From NCBI RefSeq assembly GCF_009914755.1, contig NC_060928.1: 64,000 nucleotides of DNA. One strand, written 5' to 3'. The translations under genes were made by a program, and so were the position numbers. This stretch comes from the human T2T-CHM13v2.0 reference genome, Homo sapiens. The notes beneath the pieces are model-generated. The model did not search any database and had not been told where the DNA came from. It saw nothing but the letters and a program-made list of their open reading frames with translations. This document shows, piece after piece, positions 1-14,106 of the stretch; position 1 is the stretch's first letter, and each line of letters opens with the position of its first letter.

Positions 1-1348
1 CATCAAAGGGAAAGAAGCAATTGGTATTGGATGGATAAAATATTAAAAAGTTCAAGGAAGCAAAATTAAAAGAAATTAAATAAAATGTGACTTGTGACTG
101 CAAGATTGGATTTTCTCCTTGCACATTAAAGAATTCTGTGGAAAAGAAAACAATTAAGACAGCACATGAGTGTTAGTATTCTTTCCAAGTTTAAATTGAT
201 TGATGATTTTTAGTTCATTTAATAAAGAAATTCAATAACACATATTTTAAATGAATTAAGTGTAAATTAACCAGAAATATTCGTGCTTGGCAATAATTTT
301 GTTCATGCATTAATTTAGTTTTGTCAGGGTGTTGCTAATTTAAACAAGATGACCTACCCCACACATGACATTCTTGCATTACCAGCAGATTCTTGGCTAC
401 TGGTATCATAATTTCCAAAGGATATTCCAGAAGACAAACACATAGTAGTGACATTATCATAACAGGCTCCAGCCATCACTCAACAAGACCATCCTGGTAC
501 CTCCACCCTTTCATTCAGAATATAGCTTCTGGAAGGAATTAAAAATTAATGATGAGGCTGAGGAAGAAATTGGAATAAATTGCCAAAAAACTAATCTATG
601 TTTCTTGGAATCACCATTTTTCCTTTGTAGTTTTAGTATAAATCTTGATTTATTATATTATCTTTACTATTATGTTGTCTTGGGTGAGACTCATTTCCAT
701 CTTTCCTTTTGAGTCATGTGGAGTGACAACTAATGGGAATGATGACAACGTGGAATTGAGTCATACAGTCAAGAGGGTAAGAAAAGCTGCTTCAGCTGAT
801 TATCATTTCTCCAGATGCCACTGCAGAGTTAAAGTTGCAGTAGTTATAAATTACAAGCGCAGGTCCTTTCCTAACAGCAATGGCAAAGTTGAATAGAGAA
901 AAATCAATGGACAGCAATGTACCAAGTGTGTATTGTGTGTGATACAGAGTGAGGGTGGCAGAGGATTACGAAATATCTTCAAGGAAACAAGTTCCAAAGA
1001 GATGCCATAGACACAAACATTTCAGAAGCAAAACCTTGGTTAGGTTCACCAACTGATAGTAAAGAAAGAGTTTATAAAAGGGCAAAAGAGATTTAAATTA
1101 GGATAATACGTGAGTTATGAATTATTTGCTAGCATAGTCTCATTTAATCTTGGCAACCAATCTGTGAAACTGGTGTGTTAAATCTATTATATATATGGGG
1201 GTTTAATGTCTCAGCACGTTCAAATGTGACTTTCTCACAATCACAGTAAAAAGGCAGCCTCCTTGATATTTTAGCTCTTACAAGGTTGTCCAGTTATGGT
1301 ACTATGTTTAGTTAGAGCTATGATGCTGAATGCCAGGTAAGGCCATGG

Positions 1349-1706
1349 TGATATGGCTTGGCTCTCTGTCCCCACCCAGATCTCACCTTGAATTGTAATA
1401 ATCCCCAAGCGTCAAGGGTGGGACCAGGTAGAGGTAATCAGAACATGGGGACAGTTTTCGCTATGCTGTTCTCATGATACTGAGTGAGTCTCTGAAGATC
1501 TGATGGTTTTATATGAATCTGGCATTTCCCCTACTTGCACTCATTCTCTCTCTTGCCACCCGGTGAAAAGGTGCCTTCTGTCATGATTCTAAGTTTCCTG
1601 AGGCCTCCCCAGTTATGCAGAACTGTGAGTCAACTAAATCTATTTTCTTTATAAATTTTCCAGTCTTAGGCAGTTCTTTATATCAGCATGAGAACAGACT
1701 AATACA
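1349..1706 (+). mobile_element. THE1 (ERVL-MaLR) solo LTR, THE1C-like
   Basis: TGATATGG...CTAATACA termini, 358 bp, 5-bp TSD CATGG on both sides. Confidence 0.9.
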
Positions 1707-2099
1707 CATGGGTTGGCGTGATCCCCCTTAATGTGTATGGCATTACTATATTTAAGCAACTGCAGAAAAGGCAGATCCCCATACAAAAGCCAATAACTTT
1801 GGCTTTGGGCATACAGGAGAAGGAACTTTTTATTTATCTGGGCCTCACTGTCTAGATCATCTCTTTCAATAATGATGGAGACTCCTGTTCATTGGTGTAG
1901 AACATGACCACAACAAAGTAGCTGGGCAGGAGATCAGATGGGACAGGGCCAACCAGCCCCGGAGGGGGCAAAGAACATTTTGTAAGCTTATCATATCAAT
2001 TTCATGTTATTCTTGGGATTATTGTTTTGTCGTTTTGTTTTTATTTTCTTTTTCACCCTCTGCTAACCCAAAACTTCAACATCTCATCTAAATGTGTTG

Positions 2100-2970
2100 C
2101 AAAAAGTGAATAAACCCCACTAAAAATAGGCAGAAGACATGAACAGACACTTCTCAAAAAAAGACATACAAGTGGCCAATAAACATGAAGAAATGCTCCA
2201 CATCACAAATCATCAAAGAAATGTAAATCAAAAACATAATGAGATACCAACTCACACCCATGAGAATAGTTTTTATTAAAAAGTCAAAAAACAAACAGTT
2301 GCTGGTGAGGCTGCAGAGAAAGGGGGACAATTATACATTGTTGGTGGGAATGTAAATTAGTTCAGCCACTGTGTGAAGTAGTTTGGAGAATTCTCAAATA
2401 ATTTAAAATGAAGTGATATTCAACCCAGCAATACCATTAGTGGGTACATATCCAAAAGAAAATTAACTGTTCTACCAAAAAGACACATGCACTCATAGGT
2501 ACGTCACCACACTATTCACAATAGCAAACACATGGAATCAACCTAAGTGCCAATCAGTGGTGGATTGGGTAAAGAAAATGTGATATACATACATCATAGA
2601 ATACTACACAGCCATAAAAAAGAATGAAATCACATCCTTTGCAGAAACATGGATGCAAGTGGAGGCCATTATCCTAAGCAAATTAACACAGGAACAGAAA
2701 ACCAAATACTGCATGTTCTCACTTTTAAGTGGGGACTAAACGTTGAGTACTCACGGACATAAAGATGATAAAGATGGGAACAATAGACACTGGAGACTAA
2801 CAGAAGTGGGAGGGAGAGAGGGGGCTAAGAACTGAAAAACTATCTATTGGGTCCTATGCTCAGTACCTGGGAGACAGGATCAATCATACCCCAAACCTCA
2901 ACATCATGCAATATACCCAGGCAGTAAACCTGCACATGTACCCCCTGAATCTAAGATAAAAGTTGACTTT
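2100..2970 (+). mobile_element. L1 3' fragment (L1PB/L1MA-like)
   Basis: ORF2-end and 3'UTR motifs (gacatgaacagacacttctcaaaa, gcatgttctcactt, aacctgcacatgtaccccctgaatct). Confidence 0.88.
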
Positions 2971-3183
2971 TAAAACAGGTATTTTATATATGTAGAAATA
3001 AATAAAGGTGTTGTTTCTCTCTTAGTGGAGATATGGAGAACAAAAAGGAGTCATGTATCCACATTTGTGCACTTGAAACCTTCATAGTGGTAGCATCTTT
3101 GGTGAAGGTGAATCTTAGCCAGGTCTAGGTACTATTTCTAAAGTGGAAATATCTCTCTGTTAATAATTGTGGAGTGTTTCAGG

Positions 3184-3939
3184 TGTAAACTGAAAATAAA
3201 AATCCTAAGCCCCCAACCACTGAATGGACCCGCTCTTGGCCAAGGGAATCCCAGAGAAACCTTAAAAAACCTTAAAAAAATTTCCCAGCCATGATGGGAA
3301 TGGAAGGTCAGACGTGCCTTGTTATACAACCTCCCTTTTGCAGTTTAGACACAGCAACCGATCAGCATTACTGTTAAAATACGATTAAGAACATAAGACT
3401 GATGGAACAGCCTCTTTGGGGCAGTAAGATACCAAATTATAAGTCCTAAGGCCACGATAGGCAAGAGTTGAGTTATGCACCCTCACAGGTCACTTTGACC
3501 CAGTATATTGTCTTGCTCTCACAACCTGACTCTGGCATAGCATCGCATGATGATTAGCGGACAACTTATCTTAATTACCGTATGTTAAAATTAAACTTAA
3601 ACATTCTTTTCTACTGATTCCAAGTTTTTAGACAAAGCTTTATTCCTTTAACCAATCACAAATTGAGGAAACTCTGAACCCACCTATGATCTGTAAACCC
3701 CTGCTTCAAGATATCCTGCCTTTCTGGGCCAAACCAATGTATGATCTTCATATATTGGCTGGTGATTTTTCCTGCAACTCTGCTGTCCTGAAATGTATAC
3801 GACAGTTACAATCTGACTGCTTGGGGACCACTGACTCAAGGATTCTTGGGTTTGTGTTTCCCCTGGGCCACAGTCACTCATATTGTCTCAGAATAAACCT
3901 CCTTAAAATATTTTTAGAGTTTGCTTTTTTCCATTGTCA
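3184..3939 (+). mobile_element. ERV1 solo LTR, MER4 group
   Basis: TGTAAAC...CA termini, AATAAA near the 3' end, imperfect 4-bp TSD cagg/caga. Confidence 0.75.
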
Positions 3940-5198
3940 CAGATAATCTGACAACTAAAACAGTTGTTTCCCTACTGTCTGATAGGTTGGCAAATAACAA
4001 ATTGGAGGTCTCCATCTTCAGTCTTTATCCTTTAAAATTACTGCTCTTGCTACTGCCATACTTAAGTGCACACAGAAGAACAACATGTAACAGCACTTTT
4101 CATGAGGTAGGGACATAATTAATTAGTTACCGCCCCTCAAGAGAGGCACCAAAGAATTGTTGATTTATGGAAAAAAATCTACTTGGATGTAACCAACTGG
4201 AATGCCATGACTCCACAGACACCCAAGAAGGGGAGTTTCAAGGTGGCAGGTCTCAAAAGTGTCAACTGCTGAATGTATTCATGACTTCTTTTTTTCCAAA
4301 AAGAAAGTACCTTTTGCTTTTAAGTCTCTTTTATATCTGTCAGTCCTATATCCTCCATTAGCAGATGCTGGAGTTATGCACTTCCATCCCACCCCCACCA
4401 TCACATCCATTGGTCACTGCTGTACAGTGGGAATATAAACAGAGACATTCCATAATTCACCCATACACATCAAGACATTTTATTTCACAACCACATCTGT
4501 ATGCCTTTAATGATTGTTAACAAAGAGATACTACTAATCTCCTGCATCCTCAGTCTTTTCAAGAAGTCTTACAATGTCTGTTTCTGAAAAGGAATAACCT
4601 CTAAAGAAAAAAAAAAAGGCTTAGGGTGAAGGTAAACGTTTGTCTCCATTAGTAGATCACTAAAAACTAAATTTCAAATGTGTCAGTGTTATAATTGCTG
4701 AGCAGCTCTTCAGCAAATGCGACAAGAACAGATATATTACACAGTTTGAAACCAATGGATAACATAAAATTTTGGAACATTTATGCAAGACATCACCTCA
4801 CATTAGCAGAAATATTTGAGGCTGAACCTACGTTAAGTACACTTGCAGACACCATAAAATTTCCTCAAGCATTTGTTTCCCCCAACTGATCTACAAGTAA
4901 CTCTGTTTTGCTTCTCCAGATAAAGATGATCTAAAAAAAAAAAAAATAAGCCAATCGAACAAACAAAAAAATAGAAGAAAAAGTGTTTTAAAGAAGCATT
5001 GAGGTTACACAATTACAAGATTACTTTTTCTTTTGGCTCATGAAATGATTCTGAGAGCAATTACAAGAAAGAAGAAACTAAAATACCGTGAGCAAAGGAA
5101 GCAAGCATCAACAGAGTGTCTAATTTTCCAAGATTTTCACAATTACAATGCCACCTTCTCTTTATAGGTGCTAAAGTATCTTTTTAAAAATTGATCTT

Positions 5199-5565
<367 letters not shown>

Positions 5566-7213
5566 TTATTGGCTTCAAAACACTATGATTTTTTAAAATA
5601 TACCAAAATGTTACCAGTGTTTACCTCAGGGGGCATGAGTGGAGTGAGATTATTGTAATTTTTGTTTTCTTTAGTGTTTTCTGCCTTCTCCAAATTTTCT
5701 ACATTGAGAGTATATTTTTTATAATCAGAAAAAAATTAAAAATAATTTTTAAAATAAGCTTACATTGTGCTCTGGGGGAATTAAGCAGTACCATTCTTCC
5801 TTTCTGAAAAATAAATTTCTTTTCAGAAGGAAAATATAAGGTTTATATAAGAATTATATAACCAAACTTTGGTTAACCCCATTGAAATAATTCTCTTTGA
5901 ATGACTTTTATGATCCAAAATATTAATTCAGCAGATTTCAATTTTCTCTGCTCTGGGTAGCATGTTAATTTCTTCTCATTGACTCTCAAGGAGTTCCGTG
6001 CATGGATAAGCTACCCAGGAAAGGGAACTAAGACCTGGCACAGCAAGCAGTCAGCATCTTCTTTCATGGTTCTCTTCATTGTTTGCATAGCACAGAATTC
6101 TTTTTGGCTAGAAAAGCATTTGCTTATTAAATTTTCCTTGAAATGCTCATGGGTTTAAATTAAGGAGGACTTCATTTAGGGAAAAAAAACATGCAGCAGG
6201 TTTTCATAACACAAAGCATTTGAAAAAATAGAAAGGTTTTACCCATCATATTTGCTTCTCACATTCAGAGTAAACTTGTCCCACTTGGGACCTGGGCAAA
6301 CCTCTTCTCCTTTTTAAAGTTTCTTTTAAAATGGATATTCATTAAAAATTACTACATGCAATGTAATAAAAAAATGAAACTCTTAAATTGCCCTTGGGAT
6401 TTTCCTCTTTATTTATTTTGACATTGACTCTCTTGGTTCAGGTAACAATACAAAACACTGATGATGATTGAAAGTTAAAAGTTAGATTCTTTTGGTTTTC
6501 ATAATTTTCTCCTAACTCCATGAGGAACAATTATTAAGAAATTAATGAGCACTATTTCTCTGAATATGTTATGCTATATTTTGCCCTCTAAAATCTGTTG
6601 TATTATCAGCATGATAATACTAGACGTGAAAATCTGAGTATGCCAGTGGATATTAATTCAATAATTAAGCAAAAATAAAACAAAAATTTCCCCATGTTGT
6701 TCTTGGTTAGACAATGGCTGCTAAGCTTCACTTTGCTATGTGTTTCAAGGACAAGTCACCTTCATTTTATTTCTCTTACGTACATGAACATTGACATCCA
6801 TGCAAACAGCAAGTCTGAAATGGTATCCATTAAGAAAGTAATGGCAGCCAAGGGCACCTTTCTTAATGTGCAAATTTCCAGTTGACCTCACTTTTCTAGA
6901 TTCCTACTCATAAATATTATTATCTAAGTGTAAATATCCATACGCAAAAAAAAAAGAGAATATAAGAGATATGTTCACTGTGGTACCATTTCCTTATGAA
7001 CATATTAATAAAAGGTAAGAAGACAGAATTCCTAGAAATCATTCCTCTGGCTTAGGAGGAAGGCTCAAGATTCTAATGGGGTGATTATTTGAAATTCACA
7101 GCATTTTAAATCTCAGAAACAATGTTCTAGTCACTAAAGGAAAAAGGGCCAAAAGACGTACCCAAGCTACCTGTTAGGAGCCTTGTACTTCTCTCAGTGA
7201 ACTATAATCACAC

Positions 7214-7845
7214 TGATAGCAACAGGAGGCAGCCAAATGCCCAGACAGGTAGGGACAGGTCCCAAGTGAATCCCTACCTCCCAGCCAAAGGCAGTTTAAA
7301 GCCTGAAAGCCAAGCTACAAGTTAAATCCTCAGACGGGATTGAGAACTTGTCTTCCTGTTTGGTGCACTTTCCTCTGATTTGTCCCCACCCTTCCCCTGT
7401 TTTATATATAACTACCCTTTCCTAATTTGTTTTCTACACTGTCATGCCCACCTTTGAGTGGTGTCTTCCCTTTAACCTTTTTTGCATACTCACAAACCAA
7501 TCAGCATGCATTCCGCCTTCTGAGTCCATAAAAGACCCCGGGCCCAGCCACATGGGAAAACTTTCCCACCTTCAGGTAGGAGGACCAAACTCGCGTCCCC
7601 TCTTTGCTGAAAGCTATTTTCATTGATCAATAAAAATTCTTCTTTGCCCTCCTCACCCTTGAATATCCAGCATATCCTAATTCTTCTTGGGCACAGTACA
7701 AGATCTCAGAAATCACCAAACATGGCTGCAAGCTATAACACCGGCAAGCTGGGGCATACCAGTGTGGCCAAATGAGGCGCAGGCAGGGTGGCGCCAGCCA
7801 GGGTCCCCAGCTTGCAAAGTAACCGAGAAGAAAAGTCCTACATCA
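7214..7845 (+). mobile_element. ERV1 solo LTR (MER50-like)
   Basis: TGATAGC...CATCA termini, perfect 4-bp TSD ACAC, internal TATA-like CATAAAA and AATAAA. Confidence 0.78.
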
Positions 7846-9809
7846 ACACCAACCTCAGAAATGCCTTGTTCTAGGAGTCTATTAGAAGGAATCTATCAGT
7901 TGGCTTCCAGGCCAACATAGAAACGTAAAACTGCCGAACATGGCACTGAAGAAACTTCCCATTAGCACATAAGTTCAAACCAATTTGATTATGCAGGGAT
8001 TGTCAAAAAGTATGTTAACAATCTAAGATTTTATTAATATACCCCCAACTCCCTTCATCTATCTGTTCCCCTTTAAAGGAATCCTTTTCTTTGGAGTTAT
8101 AGAGGACATATTCCAGACAGATGATGTTATACATAAACACACTGGAGCTAACCGAATAGCAAGGTATCAGGGGATACGAAGCTGCTGCAGTTTCACAACA
8201 TATATTGAAAATAGAAATTTCATGTTCCTTTTTTCTGGGTCTTTATAAGGAGATTCAAAATAATGCTTTCAGTTCATATATTTTTTAAAAGTTTATCATT
8301 ATAATGTTACCACTTTGTGGGCATAACAAAAAGGAAAAATATGTACATGGATTCATAAGCCTCTTGGTTCCTCAGATAAGTTTCCCTTATTGTACAATAA
8401 GGGAAAAAAATAGAAAGAATATTTCCAAAAGTATTTAAAAATGGTTAAGTAATTTATAATTGAATAGTACTACAGTAATCACATTATTGAGAAGGTCTAA
8501 AATGTTAAGAATTTGCTTTTGATTTCCCTGGATAAGACCTATTATGTTAAGAAATTGCATCCAAAAGATGTGGGGACTGGATTGTACAAATTTACTCTGC
8601 AATTTAGAGGTTATCTCTACTTCATATATTCTAATAAAAATTGTTTGATAATGTATTGGTTTGTTTTAGTTTGCTAAACAGGCTGTTGAAACCACTCTAT
8701 TCAGTCGCACTAAAGTCACATCTCCAAGAAGCACTTTTAATTACACTTAATAGGGATGGTGTACCAGTTATTTGCAACAGCTTCTCACTTGCTATCAACC
8801 AGATCTTGGCTTTTCATTCACATTTTAATGTTATTTTCTCTTCATTTAAATTTCAAAAAATTAATGTGAACAATTAGTTATAAAAATTATGAAAGCAACC
8901 AGGCTTTCTTTCTCCTGGACCAATTGATAATTGGCTTGGCCCTGGTTACAGTTATTCTACAACCAATATGCACCAACTGCCTACAATAGACCAGGCCCTG
9001 TGCTGGGTACTGAGGAAATAATGGTGTGAACAAGAATATTATCTCTGGTCTGTCTGTGATCTGACAGGAATAACTGCTATTGAACCAATAACAACCAGGA
9101 ATAGTGGGTCCTATGAAGAATGTATAGTACTATGGAATCTCCCGAGGGAGGGTTAATCTTTAATGGAATTTTAGGAAAGGCTTTCTGGGGGAAATTGTGT
9201 TGAGAACTAATATCAGTTGTCCTCCAATATTGGTTTTCTCCATATTCCAAGAATAGAATTTTACCTGGTTACATAGAGATTCAGAATAAAGACTCCCTGC
9301 TTTCTTTGCAGTTAAATAAAGTCAAATAACCAATTTCTGACAAATGAAATATGAGTAGAAACATGTGTGGAACTTCTGAATTGTACCCTTTGAGAAAACA
9401 TACCTGATTTTGCCTTTTCTTTCTTCACTTTCTGCTGTCGGGAATATAATCATGGTGACAGGACATCCTGGACAATGCAAGTAAAGGAAACTATGGTGAT
9501 AGAGAGTATTAAAAAAAAGAATATGACCTCTAATGATATTCAGAGCATAGCAGCCATACCAGCTTAAAGAGAAATAAAATACAGTCTTGTTTACTACTGG
9601 TTTTGTTGTTGTTGTTGTTCTCTGCTACACACAATTCAACATATATCTTAACATTGTCTTGAGGGGAGAGCCTAAGTAAACCAAAAGAGGAGGAGGACAG
9701 CATTCCAGACAAAAAGATAATTTGCATAACCCATTAAAGGACATAAAACTTTTATATGACTAGTTTGAAAGTAGGGGTAGATTTGTCAAGATGAAGCTGC
9801 AGAGGGAGT

Positions 9810-10263
9810 ATAGTAGATTGTTCCAGTAAAGGCCCGTGATTGGTTCACACCTCTGCTATACACAGTTTGACCATGTGACTTGCATTGGTCAATAGGAAAA
9901 TACCAGACACAATTTTAGCAAGGCCTTGACAAGTCACTCTTGTCTGCTCTTTTGAACCCTGAAACCACCACACATGAACACGCCTGGGCTAGCCTACTGG
10001 AGGATGAGAGATCATGTGGAACAGAAATGTGCTGTTCCAGCTGAGTGCTGTTAGGCCATCCAGCCTTCAATAGCCAGACATAGAAGTGATGTTTTCTTGG
10101 ACTATCCAGCCATAGAAAAGCTGCCAGGTAACCTCAGAGATCTGCCAAGACAGCCCAGACAAGAAATGCCTAGCTGACCTACAGAATTAAAAGCAAATAC
10201 ATTGTTGTTTTAAATTGTTAAATTTTGGGATGGTTTGTTACATAGCAAAAGCTAATTGATACA
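9810..10263 (+). mobile_element. MLT1 (MaLR) LTR
   Basis: Typical end ttgttgttttaa...ggtttgttacatagcaaaagctaattgataca. Confidence 0.7.
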
Positions 10264-10997
10264 AATAGAGCACAAACTATATGGGATCCTATAGTTATTA
10301 TTAATTCATCCCATGTTTATTAGCACCAACTTTTTACCCGATACTGTGCTAAAATAGGCACTGGAGATGCAGACAAGACACAAGGTCTCTGCCCTCATGG
10401 ATCCTACCTGCCTATCAGCCATACTGAGGAATTTGATTTGTCATAAAGACAGTAACAAACTACTAAAAGTCTTTAAAGGAAGAGACAATGATTAGGTTTG
10501 CACTTTAAAGGCTGTTACGTTAAAATGTGGAAGATAGATTGGAAAGGAGTAAGTGTGTATACTGAAAGACAAGTTAAGAGGCCAATGCAATAGTCCCAAA
10601 GAGGGATGATTGAAACTTAGTATAAGATGTTATCCGTTTACATAGCGAGTAGAGATATTCATTAGTTAAGAGATAGAAAGTATAAGATTTGGTAACTAAT
10701 TAAAAATATGGAGTGGGCAAAAAGAATGATCAAGGACAACAGTTTTCTGGCTTGAAGAAGTTGCCAATAAATAATGGTGCTCTTTATTGAGGTATGAAAC
10801 ATTGAAAGTAGAGGTCTACGTAATGAAAATTATCAATTTAGATCTCATGGTGTTAACTTTGAAACGTTCATGAAATTATTAAAGTGGAGATAATAAAAAG
10901 GCAGATATGTGATTCTAGAGTTCCATGAGACACTTGGTCTATGTACATATTCAGAATTACTTGACATAGTAATGGAAATTAAAGACACACAGAAGCT

Positions 10998-11404
<407 letters not shown>

Positions 11405-12226
11405 TTAATAGAGAAGGAAAATCTAGCTAAGAAGATTGAGAGCAAACAAAAGAAAAATGGAATCCTGAAGCATGTCCTGACGTGAAAAAAAAAAAAAAAA
11501 GGAAAACAATACTTTTAAAGAAGACTGGAAAATTTTGTTGAGGCTGCTGAGTGGTTAAGTAAGATAAGGACTGAAAAGTGTTATTTGGCTATAGTAACTG
11601 GATATAGTTATAATTGGTGAGATTAGCAGGGACCATTTCAGTGGAGCACTGGAGATGAAAATCAGAATGCAGTGGGTTGAGAAGACAGCAGAAAGTAGGT
11701 TAAAAGTGATAGTGTACAGAACTCTTTCAACAAGTCAGGCTGAGAAATGGAGGAGAAAGATAAGAATATAGCTACACAGAGGGACATAGAGTCAATAAAT
11801 GGTTTAAATATTTACATACTTAAATGTTGATGAGAAAGATCCCATGAAGAGAAAGAGGTTGAAACTAGAGGTTAAAGTAGGGATGAGATTCAGGTGGAGG
11901 AAATGACTTCTTATAGGAAACAGAGCCCTTAACTGGTGACAGTAGTGCCATCTGAGTTTAGATGCAGAGGAGGAGGGTATCTGGGCTCATCTAGAGTTGG
12001 GGGCTATCCAAGTAAATGCAGCTGACAAAGGGTCAAGGGTGCTAGAGTGTTAGCAAGACTGCAATTGAAATACGGATGCAAAAAATCAAATATATGAAGG
12101 ACAAGGACAGGAGGAGACTGGTATATCAGTAGAGAGAAGAGAGATCAATGGCCTGGAGAACCAAATGAGTTAGAAAGACAGACATGGCAGAAATAGTAAA
12201 GCAGGAAGCCTTGAAGTGTAGGAGGA

Positions 12227-13077
12227 TGTGGCAGATATTAGCCTAGCCCCACATTGCCAACCTCCTGGTGTTCAGGTCTTTGTGGGATCCTATTCCCTCC
12301 CCAGACCAGAGGTGATGATAAAGCACCAGGTTATCTCAGTAATAAGTGGATAAGGTGAAGTGAAGGAAGGAGACAGTGGGAATGGGGAGAACAACTTAGA
12401 GAACCTATGACTTGCTTCTAACCAACTAAATACAGCAAAGGAGATGGAATATGCCCGATTATGTGCACCTGATTACGTTATGTAAGCCTGTAAATGCTGT
12501 CTTCTCTCCCTTGCTGGCTTTGAAGAAGCAAGCTGCCATATTGCGCACTTGACTATGTCATGGGCCATGTGACAAGCAACTGAAGATGCTCTCTGGACAG
12601 CAGCCAACAAGAAATGGAGGCTTTCAGTCCAACAGCCTGCAAGAGACTGAATGCTGCTAACAACATGAATCCTGAAGCATGTCTTGACATGAAAAAAAGG
12701 GAAAAGAATATTATTTTAAAAGAGTGGAGAAAGTTATAGTTGCTAAGTGGTTAAGCAAGCCAAGGACTGAAAAGTGTTACTTGGATATAGTAACTGTATA
12801 TAGTAATCATTGGTGAGCTTAGCAGGGACCATTTCAGTGGAACACTGGAGTTGAAAACCAGAATGGAGTGAGTTGAGAAGCCAGTGGAAGGGGGTCCTTC
12901 CTCAGTCTAGCCTTCATTGAGACTGATGCCCCAGCCAGCATCTTGATAGCAGCACTGAAAGACCCTGAAGCCAAGCCTGTACTTCTAATCCATAGATACT
13001 ATGAGATAATAAATGTGTTTTGTTTTAAGCTGCTGACTTTGTGATAATATGGTTACAAAGCATATATAACTAATGCA
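12227..13077 (+). mobile_element. MLT1 (MaLR) solo LTR with two internal insertions
   Basis: TGTGGCAG...TAATGCA termini, 5-bp TSD GAGGA (12222-12226 and 13078-13082). Confidence 0.82.
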
Positions 13078-13489
13078 GAGGATGTCATCAGAGATAGGAA
13101 TGTCAGACCAGAAGTGATGACAAGCACTGGGTTATCTCAGTAGTAGGTGGATAAGGTGAAGTGAAGGAAGGAAACAGTGAGAATGAGAACGACTTAGAGA
13201 ATCATGTTTTGTTTGTGTTCCATAATGACTAAGAAGTTATATATGCAATGAACTTCAGACTTTGAAGACATATGATTAAACAAAAGGTATTATTGAGAGA
13301 ACTGTTGGCAGCACACATACGGAAGGATGTGGTATTTTACTGATAATCAAAAAATGAACACAATAATAGGATATCTGTGTCTAGGATAAAACAATAATCA
13401 CAGCCCAGTCTTTTGGAAGCCTCAATGCAGTTACTGAGCTTGGTCATTTGACATGTCTGTGTTTGTACATAACTCTGTGACTTACCAAC

Positions 13490-13630
13490 TATGTGACTAT
13501 GGGAAATTTTCTTCACTGAGTTTTTGTTTCTTATGTATAAAATGTATATATTAAAGTAGGGTTGTTATGATGATTAAATGAGATAATAGATGGAGAACAC
13601 TTGTCACTGCACATGGCATAAAGTAAGGCT
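13490..13630 (+). mobile_element. MIR fragment
   Basis: MIR core-like tgtgactatgggaaa...tataaaatg...gttgttatgatgattaaatgagataat. Confidence 0.6.
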
Positions 13631-13754
13631 TAAATATAACTCTTTCTACCAGCTTTTCACAGAAGAAACTCCTACTTCACACACACACATATAAATTGAT
13701 CAAATGAATTCAAAAACTAGAAAATATCACATAAGAGGTCAAAGAAAGATCTTA

Positions 13755-14106
<352 letters not shown>

